A stretch of DNA of 64,000 nt, taken from Neoechinorhynchus agilis. Its lineage: Eukaryota; Animalia; Acanthocephala. Made by a program: the position numbers and the translations under genes. The notes under the pieces were generated by a model. That model was not told the DNA's origin. It saw nothing but the letters and a program-made list of their open reading frames with translations, and did not search any database. Shown piece after piece: positions 10,995 to 22,534 of the stretch. Each line of letters starts with the position of its first letter. Position 1 is the first letter of the stretch. Where the stretch lies: positions 1,768,389 through 1,832,388 of the forward strand of contig CM121343.1 of the NCBI GenBank assembly GCA_051530055.1. The letters are read 5' to 3'.

Positions 10995-13900
10995 TTCTGT
11001 TCACAGTCGCATAAAGAACGACGATATACGAAGGAGATATGGTGTAGCCCTGATCAGAGATCAAAAGCACGAGATTGTGCCGAAATATCGGATTTAATAA
11101 AATTCCTTCAATTTTTCGGGCTTAAACAAACATAAGTGGGATCGCTTTGTTTGATCGCATAAGGAACGACGATATACGAAGGAGATATGGTGTAGCCCTG
11201 ATCAGGGATCAAAAGCACGAGATTGTGCCGGAATATCGGATTTAATAAAATTCCTTCAATTTTCGGCCTTAAACAAACATAAGTGGGATCGCTTTGTTCG
11301 ATCGCATAAAGAACGACGATATACGAAGGAGATATGGTGTAGCCCTGATCAGGGATCAAAAGCACGAGATTGTGCCGAAATATCGGATTTAATAAAATTC
11401 CTTCAATTTTTCGGCCTTAAACAAACATAGGTGGGATCGCTTTGTACGATCGCATAAAGAACGACGATATACGACGGAGATATGGTGTAGCCCTGATCAG
11501 GTATCAAAAGCACGAGATTGTGCCGAAATATCGGATTTAATAAAATTCCTTCAATTTTTCCGCCTTAAAAAACATAAGTGGGATCGCTTTGTTCGATCGC
11601 ATAAAGAACGACGATATACGAAGGAGATATGGTGTAGCCCTGATCAGAGATATCAAGCACGAGATTGTGCCGAAATATCGGATTTAATAAAATTCCTTCA
11701 ATTTTTCGGCCTTAAACAAACATAAGTTGGATCGCTTTGTTCAATCGCATAAAGAACGACGATATACGAAGGAGATATGGTGTAGCCCTGATCAGGGAAC
11801 AAAAGCACGAGATTGTGCCGAAATATCGGATTTAATAAAATTCCTTAAATTTTTCGGCCTTAAAAAAACATAAGTGGGATCGCTTTGCTCGATCGCATAA
11901 AGAACGACGATATACGAAGGAGATATGGTGTAGCCCTGATCAGGGATCAAAAGCACGAGATTGTGCCGAAATATCGGATTTAATAAAATTCCTTCAATTT
12001 TTCGGCCTTAAACAAACATAGGTGGGATCGCTTTGTACGATCGCATAAAGAACGACGATATACGACGGAGATATGGTGTAGCCCTGATCAGGTATCAAAA
12101 GCACGAGATTGTGCCGAAATATCGGATTTAATAAAATTCCTTCAATTTTTCCGCCTTAAAAAACATAAGTGGGATCGCTTTGTTCGATCGCATAAAGAAC
12201 GACGATATACGAAGGAGATATGGTGTAGCCCTGATCAGAGATATCAAGCACGAGATTGTGCCGAAATATCGGATTTAATAAAATTCCTTCAATTTTTCGG
12301 CCTTAAACAAACATAAGTGGGATCGCTTTGTACGATCGCATAAAGAACGACGATATACGAAGGAGATATGGTGTGGCCCTGATCAGGGATCAAAAGCACG
12401 AGATTGTGCCGAAATATCGGATTTAATAAAATTCCTTCAATTTTTCCGCCTTAAACAAACATAAGGATCGCTTTGTACGATCGCATAAAGAACGACGATA
12501 TACGACGGAGATATGGTGTAGCCCTGATCAGGGATCAAAAGGTCGAGATCGTGCCGAAATATCGATTTTAATAAAAATTCCTTCAATTTTTCGGCCTTAA
12601 ACAAACATAAGTGGGATCGCTTTGTACGATCGCATAAAGAACGACGATATACGAAGGAGATATGGTGTAGCTTTGATCAGAGATCAAAAGCACGAGATTG
12701 TGCCGAAATATCGGATTTAATAAAATTCCTTCAATTTTTCCGCCTTAAACAAACATACGTGGGATCGCTTTGTACGGTCGCACAAAGAACGACGATATAC
12801 GAACGAGATATGGTGTAGCCCTGATCAGAGATCAAAAGCACGAGATTGTGCCGAAATATCGGATTTAATAAAATTCCTTCAATTTTTCCGCCTTAAACAA
12901 ACATAAGTGGGATCGCTCTGTACGGTCGCACAAAGAACGACGATATACGAACGAGATATGGTGTAGCCCTGATCAGAGATCAAAAGCACGAGATTGTGCC
13001 GAAATATCGGATTTAATAAAATTCCTTCAATTTTTCCGCCTTAAACAAACATAAGTGGGATCGCTTTGTACGATCGCATAAAGAACGACGATATACGAAG
13101 GAGATATGGTGTAGCCCTGATCAGAGACTGCAGCACGAGATTGTGCCGAAATATCGGATTTAATAAAATTCCTTCAATTTTTCCGCCTTAAACAAACATA
13201 AGTGGGATCGCTTTGTACGATCGCATAAAGAACGACGATATACGACGGAGATATGGTGTAGCCCTGATCAGGGATCAAAAGCACGAGATTGTGCCGAAAT
13301 ATCGGATTTAACAAATTCCTTTAATTTTCCGCCTTAAACAAACATAAGTGGGATCGCTTTGTACGATCGCATAAAGAACGACGATATACGAAGGAGATAT
13401 GAAGCCCTGATCAGGGATCAAAGCACGAGATTGTGCCGAAATATCGGATTTAATAAAATTCCTTCAATTTTTCCGCCTTAAACAAACATAAGTGGGATCG
13501 CTTTGTACGATCGCATAAAGAACGACGATATACGACGGAGATATGGTGTAGCCCTGATCAGGGATCAAAAGCACGAGATTGTGCCGAAATATCGGATTTA
13601 ATAAAATTCCTTCAATTTTTCCGCCTTAAACAAACATAAGTGGGATCGCTTTGTACGATCGCATAAAGAACGACGATATACGACGGAGATATGGTGTAGC
13701 CCTGATCAGGGATCAAAAGAACGAGATTGTGTCGAAATATCGGATTTAATAAAATTCCTTCAATTTCTCGGCCTTAAACAAACATAAGTGGGATCGCTTT
13801 GTACGATCGCATAAAGAACGACGATATACGACGGAGATTTGGTGTAGCCCTGATCAGGGATCAAAAGCACGAGATTGTGCCGAAATATCGGATTTAATAA

Positions 13901-16900
13901 AATTCCTTCAATTTTTCCGCCTTAAAAAAACATAAGTGGGATCGCTTTGTTCGATCGCATAAAGAACGACTATATACGAAGGAGATATGGTGTAGCCCTG
14001 ATCAGGTATCAAAAGCACGAGATTGTGCTGAACATCGGATTTAATAAAAATTCCTTCAATTTTTCCGCCTTAAACAAACATAAGTGGGATCGCTTTGTAC
14101 GGTCGCACAAAGAACGACGATATACGAACGAGATATGGTGTAGCCCTGATCAGAGATCAAAAGCACGAGATTGTGCCGAAATATCGGATTTAATAAAATT
14201 CCTTCAATTTTTCGGCCTTAAACAAACATAAGTGGGATCGCTTTGTACGGTCGCACAAAGAACGACGATATACGAACGAGATATGGTGTAGCCCTGATCA
14301 GAGATCAAAAGCACGAGATTGTGCCGAAATATCGGATTTAATAAAATTCCTTCAATTTTTCCGCCTTAAACAAACATAAGTGGGATCGCTTTGTACGATC
14401 GCAAAAAGAACGATGATGTACGAAGGAGATATGGTGTAGCCCTGATCAGGGATCAAAAGCACGAGATTGTGCCGAAATATCGGATTTAATAAAATTCCTT
14501 CAATTTTTCGGCCTTAAACAAACATAAGTTGGATCGCATTGTTCAATCGCATAAAGAACGACGATATACGAAGGAGATATGGTGTAGCTTTGATCAGAGA
14601 TCAAAAGCACGAGATTGTGCCGAAATATCGGATTTAATAAAATTCCTTCAATTTTTCCGCCTTAAACAAACATAAGTGGGATCGCTTTGTTCAATCGCAT
14701 AAAGAACGACGATATACGAAGGAGATATGGTGTAGCCCTGATCAGAGATCAAAAGCACGAGATTGTGCCGAAATATCGGATTTAATAAAATTCTTTCAAT
14801 TTCATCTCAAACGGAGTATTTTCGCCAAATCTTTTTAACTCTGCCATCCCGAAGGATTTTCTACGAAGGAGATATGGTGTGGCCCTGATCAGGGATCAAA
14901 AGCACGAGATTGTGCCGAAATATCGGATTTAATAAAATTCCTTCAATTTTTCCGCCTTAAACAAACATAAGTGGGATCGCTTTGTACGATCGTATAAAGA
15001 ACGACGATATACGACGGAGATATGGTGTAGCCCTGATAAGGGATCAAAAGCACGAGATTGTGCCGAAATATCGGATTTAATAAAATTCCTTCAATTTTTC
15101 GGCCTTAAACAAACATAAGTTGGATCGCTTTGTACGATCACATAAAGAACGACTATATACGAAGGAGATATGGTGTAGCTTTGATCAGAGATCAAAAGCA
15201 CGAGATTGTGCCGAAATATCGGATTTAATAAAATTCCTTCAATTTTTCCGCCTTAAACAAACATAAGTGGGATCGCTTTGTACGGTCGCACAAAGAACGA
15301 CGATATACGAACGAGATATGGTGTAGCCCTGATCAGGGATCAAAAGCACGAGATTGTGCCGAAATATCGGATTTAATAAAATTCCTTCAATTTTTCCGCC
15401 TTAAACAAACATAAGTGGGATCGCTTTGTACGATCGTATAAAGAACGACGATATACGACGGAGATATGGTGTAGCCCTGATAAGGGATCAAAAGCACGAG
15501 ATTGTGCCGAAATATCGGATTTAATAAAATTCCTTCAATTTTTCCGCCTTAAACAAACATAAGTGGGATCGCTTTGTTCGATCGCATAAAGAACGACGAT
15601 ATACGAAGGAGATATGGTGTAGCCCCGATCAGGGATCAAAAGCACGAGATTGTGCCGAAATATCGGATTTAATAAAATTCCTTCAATTTTTCGGCCTTAA
15701 AAAAACATAAGTGGGATCGCTTTGTTTGATCGCATAAGGAACGACGATATACGAAGGAGATATGGTGTAGCCCTGATCAGGGATCAAAAGCACGAGATTG
15801 TGCCGAAATATCGGATTTAATAAAATTCCTTCAATTTTTCCGCCTTAAAAAAACATAAGTGGATCGCTTTGTTCGATCGCATAAAGAACGACGATATACG
15901 AAGGAGATATGGTGCAGCCCTGATCAGGCATCAAAAGCACGAGATTGTGCGGAAATTCGGATTTAATAAAATTCCTTCAATTTTCGGCCTTAAACAAACA
16001 TAAGTGGGATCGCTTGTTCGATCGCATAAAGAACGACGATATACGAAGGAGATATGGTGTAGCCCTGATCAGAGATCAAAAGCACGAGATTGTGCCGAAA
16101 TATCGGATTTAATAAAATTCCTTCAATTTTTCCGCCTTAAAAAAACATAAGTGGGATCGCTTTGTTCGATCGCATAAAGAACGACGATATACGAAGGAGA
16201 TATGGTGTAGCCCTGATCAGGTATCAAAAGCACGAGATTGTGCCGAAATATCGGATTTAATAAAATTCCTTCAATTTTTCCGCCTTAAACAAACATAAGT
16301 GGGATCGCTTTGTTCGATCGCATAAAGAACGACGATATACGAAGGAGATATGGTGTAGCCCTGATCAGAGATCAAAAGCACGAGATTGTGCCGAAATATC
16401 GGATTTAATAAAATTCCTTCAATTTTTCGGCCTTAAACAAACATAAGTGGGATCGCTTTGTTCGATCGCATAAGGAACGACGATATACGAAGGAGATATG
16501 GTGTAGCCCTGATCAGGGATCAAAAGCACGAGATTTTGCCGAAATATCGGATTTAATAAAATTCCTTCAATTTTTCGGCCTTAAACAAACATAAGTGGGA
16601 TGGCTTTGTTCGATCGCAAAAAGAACGACGATGTACGAAGGGAGATATGTAGCCCTGATCAGGGATCAAAAGCGATGAGATTGTGCCGAAATATCGGATT
16701 TAATAAAATTCCTTCAATTTTTCGCCTTAAAAAAACATAAGCGGGATCGCTTTGTTCGATCGCATAAAGAACGACGATATACGAAGGAGATATGGTGTAG
16801 CCCTGATCAGGGATCAAAAAGCGATGAGATTGTGCCGGGAAATATCGGATTTAATAAAATTCCTTCAATTTTTCGGCCTTAAACAAACATAAGTGGGATC

Positions 16901-18712
16901 GCTTTGTTCGATCGCAAAAAGAACGACGATGTACGAAGGAGATATGGTGTAGCCCTGATCAGGGATCAAAAGCACGAGATTGTGCCGAAATATCGGATTT
17001 AATAAAATTCCTTCAATTTTTCGGCCTTAAACAAACATAAGTGGGATCGCTTTGTTCGATCGCCAAAAGAACGACGATGTACGAAGGAGATATGGTGTAG
17101 CCCTGATCAGGGATCAAAAGCACGAGATTGTGCCGAAATATCGGATTTAATAAAATTCCTTAAATTTTTCGGCCTTAAAAAAACATAAGTGGGATCGCTT
17201 TGTTCGATCGCATAAAGAACGACGATATACGAAGGAGATATGGTGTAGCCCTGATCAGAGATCAAAAGCACGTGATTTTGCGCCGAAATATCGGATTTAA
17301 TAAAATTCCTTCAATTTTTCGGCCTTAAACAAACATAAGTGGGATCGTTTTGTTTGATCGCATAAGGAACGACGATATACGAAGGAGATATGGTGTAGCC
17401 CTGATCAGAGATCAAAAGCACGAGATTGTGCCGAAATATCGGATTTAATAAAATTCCTTCAATTTTTCGGCCTTTAACAAACATAAGTGGGATCGCTTTG
17501 TTTGATCGCATAAGGAACGACGATATACGAAGGAGATATGGTGTAGCCCTGATCAGAGATCAAAAGCACGAGATTGTGCCGAAATATCGGATTTAATAAA
17601 ATTCCTTCGATTTTTCGGCCTTAAACAAGTATAAGTGGGATCGCTTTGTTCGATCGCATAAGTAACGACGATATACGAAGGAGATATGGTGTAGCCCTGA
17701 TCAGGGATCAAAAGCACGAGATTGTGCCGAAATATCGAATTTAATAAAATTCCTTCAATTTTTCGGCCTTAAACAAACATAAGTGGGATCGCTTTGTTCG
17801 ATCGCAAAAAGAACGACGATGTACGAAGGAGATATGGTGTAGCCCTGATCAGGGATCAAAAGCACGAGATTGTGCCGAAATATCGGATTTAATAAAATTC
17901 CTTCAATTTTTCGGCCTTAAAAAAACATAAGTGGGATCGCTTTGTTCGATCGCATAAGGAACGACGATATACGACGGAGATATGGTGTAGCCCTGATCAG
18001 GGATCAAAAGCACGAGATTGTGCCGAAATATCGGATTTAATAAAATTCCTTCAATTTTTCGGCCTTAAACAAACATAAGTGGGATCGCTTTGTACGATCG
18101 CATAAAGAACGACGATATACGACGGAGATATGGTGTAGCCCTGATCAGAGATATCAAGCACGAGATTGTGCCGAAATATCGGATTTAATAAATTCCTTCA
18201 ATTTTTCGGCCTTAAACAAACATAAGTTGGATCGCTTTGTTCAACCGCATAAAGAACGACGATATACGAAGGAGATATGGTGTAGCCCTGATCAGGGAAC
18301 AAGAGCACGAGATTGTGCCGAAATATCGGATTTAATAAAATTCCTTCAATTTTTCGGCCTTAAACAAACATAAGTTGGATCGCTTTGTTCAATCGCATAA
18401 AGAACGACGATATACGAAGGAGATATGGTGTAGCCCTGATCAGAGATCAAAAGCACGAGATTGTGCCGAAATATCGGATTTAATAAAATTCCTTCAATTT
18501 TTCCGCCTTAAAAAAACATAAGCGGGATCGCTTTGTACGATCGCATAAAGAACGACGATATACGAAGGAGATATGGTGTGGCCCTGATCAGGGATCAAAA
18601 GCACGAGATTGTGCCGAAATATCGGATTTAATAAAATTCCTTCAATTTTTCCGCCTTAAACAAACATAAGTGGGATCGCTTTGTTGTTCGATCGTATAAA
18701 GAACGACGATAT
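10995..18712. repeat. Satellite array 2, ~148-bp unit, ~52 copies, with degenerate monomers at 10670-10990
   Basis: ggatttaataaaattcc recurs at 11238, 11385, 11533 and onward. There is one unique interruption at ~14795-14865. Confidence 0.97.
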
Positions 18713-19372
18713 CAGCAAAGGCAAAATCCGCCTCTATGTGGGATAAAGGCTGAAAAAGATAAGGTGCACCCCGGTGGCACTTAGTAAAAGCATCTCTTTA
18801 AGAGAAAACAACTCTGGAGTAAAAAATAATACTTTATTTAATTCTTTTGTGGATTCCCTCCCTAATTTTCAATATTATATATTCATTTTTTTCTCAAAAA
18901 AAGGGCAACAATTGTAAATAAGTTGGTTAGAAGGTGCATGCCCTTAAACGAGATGTTTTAAACTGATAAATCGTTTCTTTTGTATTGACGTTCTTAAAGC
19001 AACGATCTTAACTTTCCTTATAATTTAGTGTTGCCGCGGTTCTATCACTTGCATAATGTTTCTCAATATCTTCAACATTCTGCCTAAACAAATTTTGTCT
19101 TTTAAATTCACCTTCTGTTCTTAAATTTTATTTGGTTGCTCGGGTTACAATGACTAGCAAAAGAGGAAAATATCCACTCATTCCTATTATTGGAATTTCG
19201 TTCCTTCGGCAAATCCATTCGCTTTCGATGATAGAAAGATTGAAATAGGCGCCGGAGCAGATAACATAGGCTTCAATAAGGGCGTATAACGATGGTTGCC
19301 ATGGCAACAGGGTTGTAGATAGTTCAATGTTTCAAAGTGAGCAGACGTATTATTGGAACCTATTGTCCGAGC

Positions 19373-19867
19373 ATGAGCAAAATCCTACAATATTTGTATA
19401 TGGGGACAGTTGATGACTACAACAACCTCGACAAAGATAATCCAAATAACATAGGAACAACCCTTAATTTTGCTACGGATGATCCCGTTGTTGAGGGAAA
19501 TGAATTGGAGGCATATATCAGTCCAATCTTTGATGGAAGTAATTCGATTATCCACCATGCGCGGAAAACGCGAAATGCGATTCTTGTATACAGCACGATG
19601 GGTATTTCAATGGCATCTACATTCGTCGCCGCGTATTTTATGTGGAGTACTGGAGTTTCCATGGACGACGCCTTGGATGCAATAAATTCACAACGACCAT
19701 TTTGCGATCCAAACGTATCATTACTTAGACAACTACGCGAGTACTCTACGTTTTTAAATACCAACGTTCGACCGAGACGAAGAGTTATGTTAAATTCCAG
19801 AATATCTACGAATGACAAGGCTCGGATTGTGGCGCTTGCGCGACGTCACCGGGCTGATTCTCATTGA
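19373..19867 (+). CDS. Dual-specificity phosphatase-like pseudophosphatase (STYX/MK-STYX-like), intronless
   Basis: MSKILQYLYMG...ILVYSTMGISMASTFVAAYFM...MDDALDAINSQRPFCDPNVSLLRQL is a DSP fold, with HCxxGxSRS replaced by YSTMGISMAS. Confidence 0.85.
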   Translation: MSKILQYLYMGTVDDYNNLDKDNPNNIGTTLNFATDDPVVEGNELEAYISPIFDGSNSIIHHARKTRNAILVYSTMGISMASTFVAAYFMWSTGVSMDDALDAINSQRPFCDPNVSLLRQLREYSTFLNTNVRPRRRVMLNSRISTNDKARIVALARRHRADSH

Positions 19868-20015
19868 TTTTTCTGTTATTGAATAAAAGTTCTTTTAATA
19901 TGTGGTTCTTCAAACATTGTGTGCCGATAGATTTTTAAATTAAAATTCACATAACTGGATTTTCAGTCACGTTTTTTTTGGGGGGGGGAGAAGCCGAAAA
20001 GATAAACATTTAAAG

Positions 20016-22258
20016 GTGATCGTAAATTCGGATACTGACCACCACCACATCGTTAATTCTATCATCCCCAAAGATTTTCTCGCGATGATGAAGCGAGGCT
20101 TCGGCGTTAAACATTACAAATCAATAAAATATATTTTATCCGGGTATTGTGATCACCGAAAAATCGTCAATTCTATCATTCCCAAAGATTTTCTATTGAT
20201 GATAAAGTGAGGCTTCGGCGTGAAATATTACAAATCAATAAAATATATTTTATCCGGGTATTGTGATCACCACAACATCGTCAATTCTATCATTCCCAAA
20301 GATTTTCTATTGATGATAAAGAGAGGCTTCGGCGTGAAATATTACAAATCAATAAAATATATTTTATCGGGGTATTGTGATCACATCAACATCGTCAATT
20401 CTATCATTCCAAAAGATTTTCTATTGATGATAAAGTGAGGCTTCGGCGTGAAATATTTCAAATCAATAAAATATATTTTGTCCGGGTATTGTGATCACCA
20501 CAACATCGTCAATTCTATCATTCCCAAAGATTTTCTATTGATGATAAAGTGAGGCTTCGGCGTGAAATATTTCAAATCAATAAAATATATTTTATCCGGG
20601 TATTGTGATCACCACAACATCGTCAATTCTATCATTCCCAAAGATTTTCTATTGATGATAAAGCGAGGCTTCGGCGTGAAATATTTCAAATCAATAAAAT
20701 ATATTTTGTCCGGGTATTGTGATCACCACAACATCGTCAATTCTATCATTCCCAAAGATTTTCTATTGATGATAAAGTGAGGCTTCGGCGTGAAATATTT
20801 CAAATCAATAAAATATATTTTATCCGAGTATTGTGATCACCAAAACATCGTCAATTCTATCATTCCCAATGATTTTCTATTGATGATAAAGTGAGGCTTC
20901 GGCGTGAAATATTTCAAATCCATAAAATATATTTTATCCGGGTATTGTGATCACCACAACATCGTCAATTCTATCATTCCCAAAGATTTTCTATTGATGA
21001 TAAAGCGAGGATTCGGCGTGAAATATTTCAAATCCATAAAATATATTTTATCCGGGTATTGTGATCACCACAACATCGTCAATTCTATCATTCCCAAAGA
21101 TTTTCTATTGATGATAAAGTGAGGCTTCGGCGTGAAATATTACAAATCAATAAAATATATTTTATCCGGGTATTGTGATCACCACAACATCGTCAATTCT
21201 ATCATTCCAAAGATTTTCTATTGATGATAAAGTGAGGCTTCGGCGTGAAATATTACAAATCAATAAAATATATTTTATCCGGGTATTGTGATCACCACAA
21301 CATCGTCAATTCTATCATCAAACAAAAGGTTCCCAAAATTCATATATCCCAAAGATTTTCAATTGATGATAAAGTGAGGCTTCGGCGTGAAATATTACAA
21401 ATCAATAAAATATATTTTATCCGGGTATTGTGATCACCACAACATCGTCAATTCTATCATTCCCAAAGATTTTCTATTGATGATAAAGTGAGGCTTCGGC
21501 GTGAAATATTACAAATCAATAAAATATATTTTATCCGGGTATTGTGATCACCACAACATCGTCAATTCTATCATTCCCAAAGATTTTCTATTGATGATAA
21601 AGTGAGGCTTCGGCGTGAAATATTTCAAATCCATAAAATATATTTTATCCGGGTATTGTGATCACCACAACATCGTCAATTCTATCATTCCCAAAGATTT
21701 TCTATTGATGATAAAGTGAGGCTTCGGCGTGAAATATTTCAAATCAATAAAATATATTTTATCCGGGTATTGTGATCACCACAACATCGTCAATTCTATC
21801 ATTCCCAAAGATTTTCTATTGATGATAAAGTGAGGCTTCGGCGTGAAATATTTCAAATCAATAAAATATATTTTATCCGGGTATTGTGATCACCACAACA
21901 TCGTCAATTCTATCATTCCCAAAGATTTTCTATTGATGATAAAGTGAGGCTTCGGCGTGAAATATTTCAAATCCATAAAATATATTTTATCCGGTATTGT
22001 GATCACCACAACATCGTCAATTCTATCATTCCCAAAGATTTTCTATTGATGATAAAGCGAGGATTCGGCGTGAAATATTTCAACCATAAAATATATTTTA
22101 TCCGGTATTGTGATCACCACAACATCGTCAATTCTATCATTCCCAAAAATTTTCAATTGATGATAAAGTGAGGATTCGGCGTGAAATATTACAAACCAAT
22201 AAAATATATTTTATCCGGGTATTGTGATCACCACAACATCGTCAATTCTATCATACCG
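20016..22258. repeat. Satellite array 3, 114-bp unit, ~19-20 copies
   Basis: gtcaattctatcatt recurs at 20166, 20280 and onward (period 114). One ~29-bp insertion lies at ~21318-21346. Confidence 0.97.
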
Positions 22259-22534
22259 TAGGATTTTCTTGTGATGATAAACATATAAATCGTCGTTTTT
22301 GGACTGATTATTTAATAAGCGACATTGGGCTTTTCCAGGACGAATAAATGTTTTGGATCCCTCCCTCTTTTTGCTCTTGTTTGTACTCGTTCAGGTATTC
22401 CTTGGACCTTTTGTTCGAGCGTAGCTTCAAGCAAAAAGAACTTTTAATGAGAAAGGCCCGAAGACAAACCCTTTTTCCGAATTGCAGAATTTGATTCCAT
22501 TTGGAATTCCGCATTGTAGCATTCTTCCGTAATA

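Noticed and set aside
11108-17511. Short ORFs in array 2 (and 53663-53851 in array 4)
   Set aside because: They are chance open frames in repeats, broken by frequent indels and lacking recognisable domains.
10995-18712. CRISPR-like array interpretation of the satellites
   Set aside because: Whole monomers are near-identical with no unique spacers, there are no cas genes, and the context is eukaryotic.
19417-19818. Antisense ORFs over DUSP, USP10, ZnT5, RFC1 and the innexin
   Set aside because: They are shadow frames of well-supported genes with no independent motifs.
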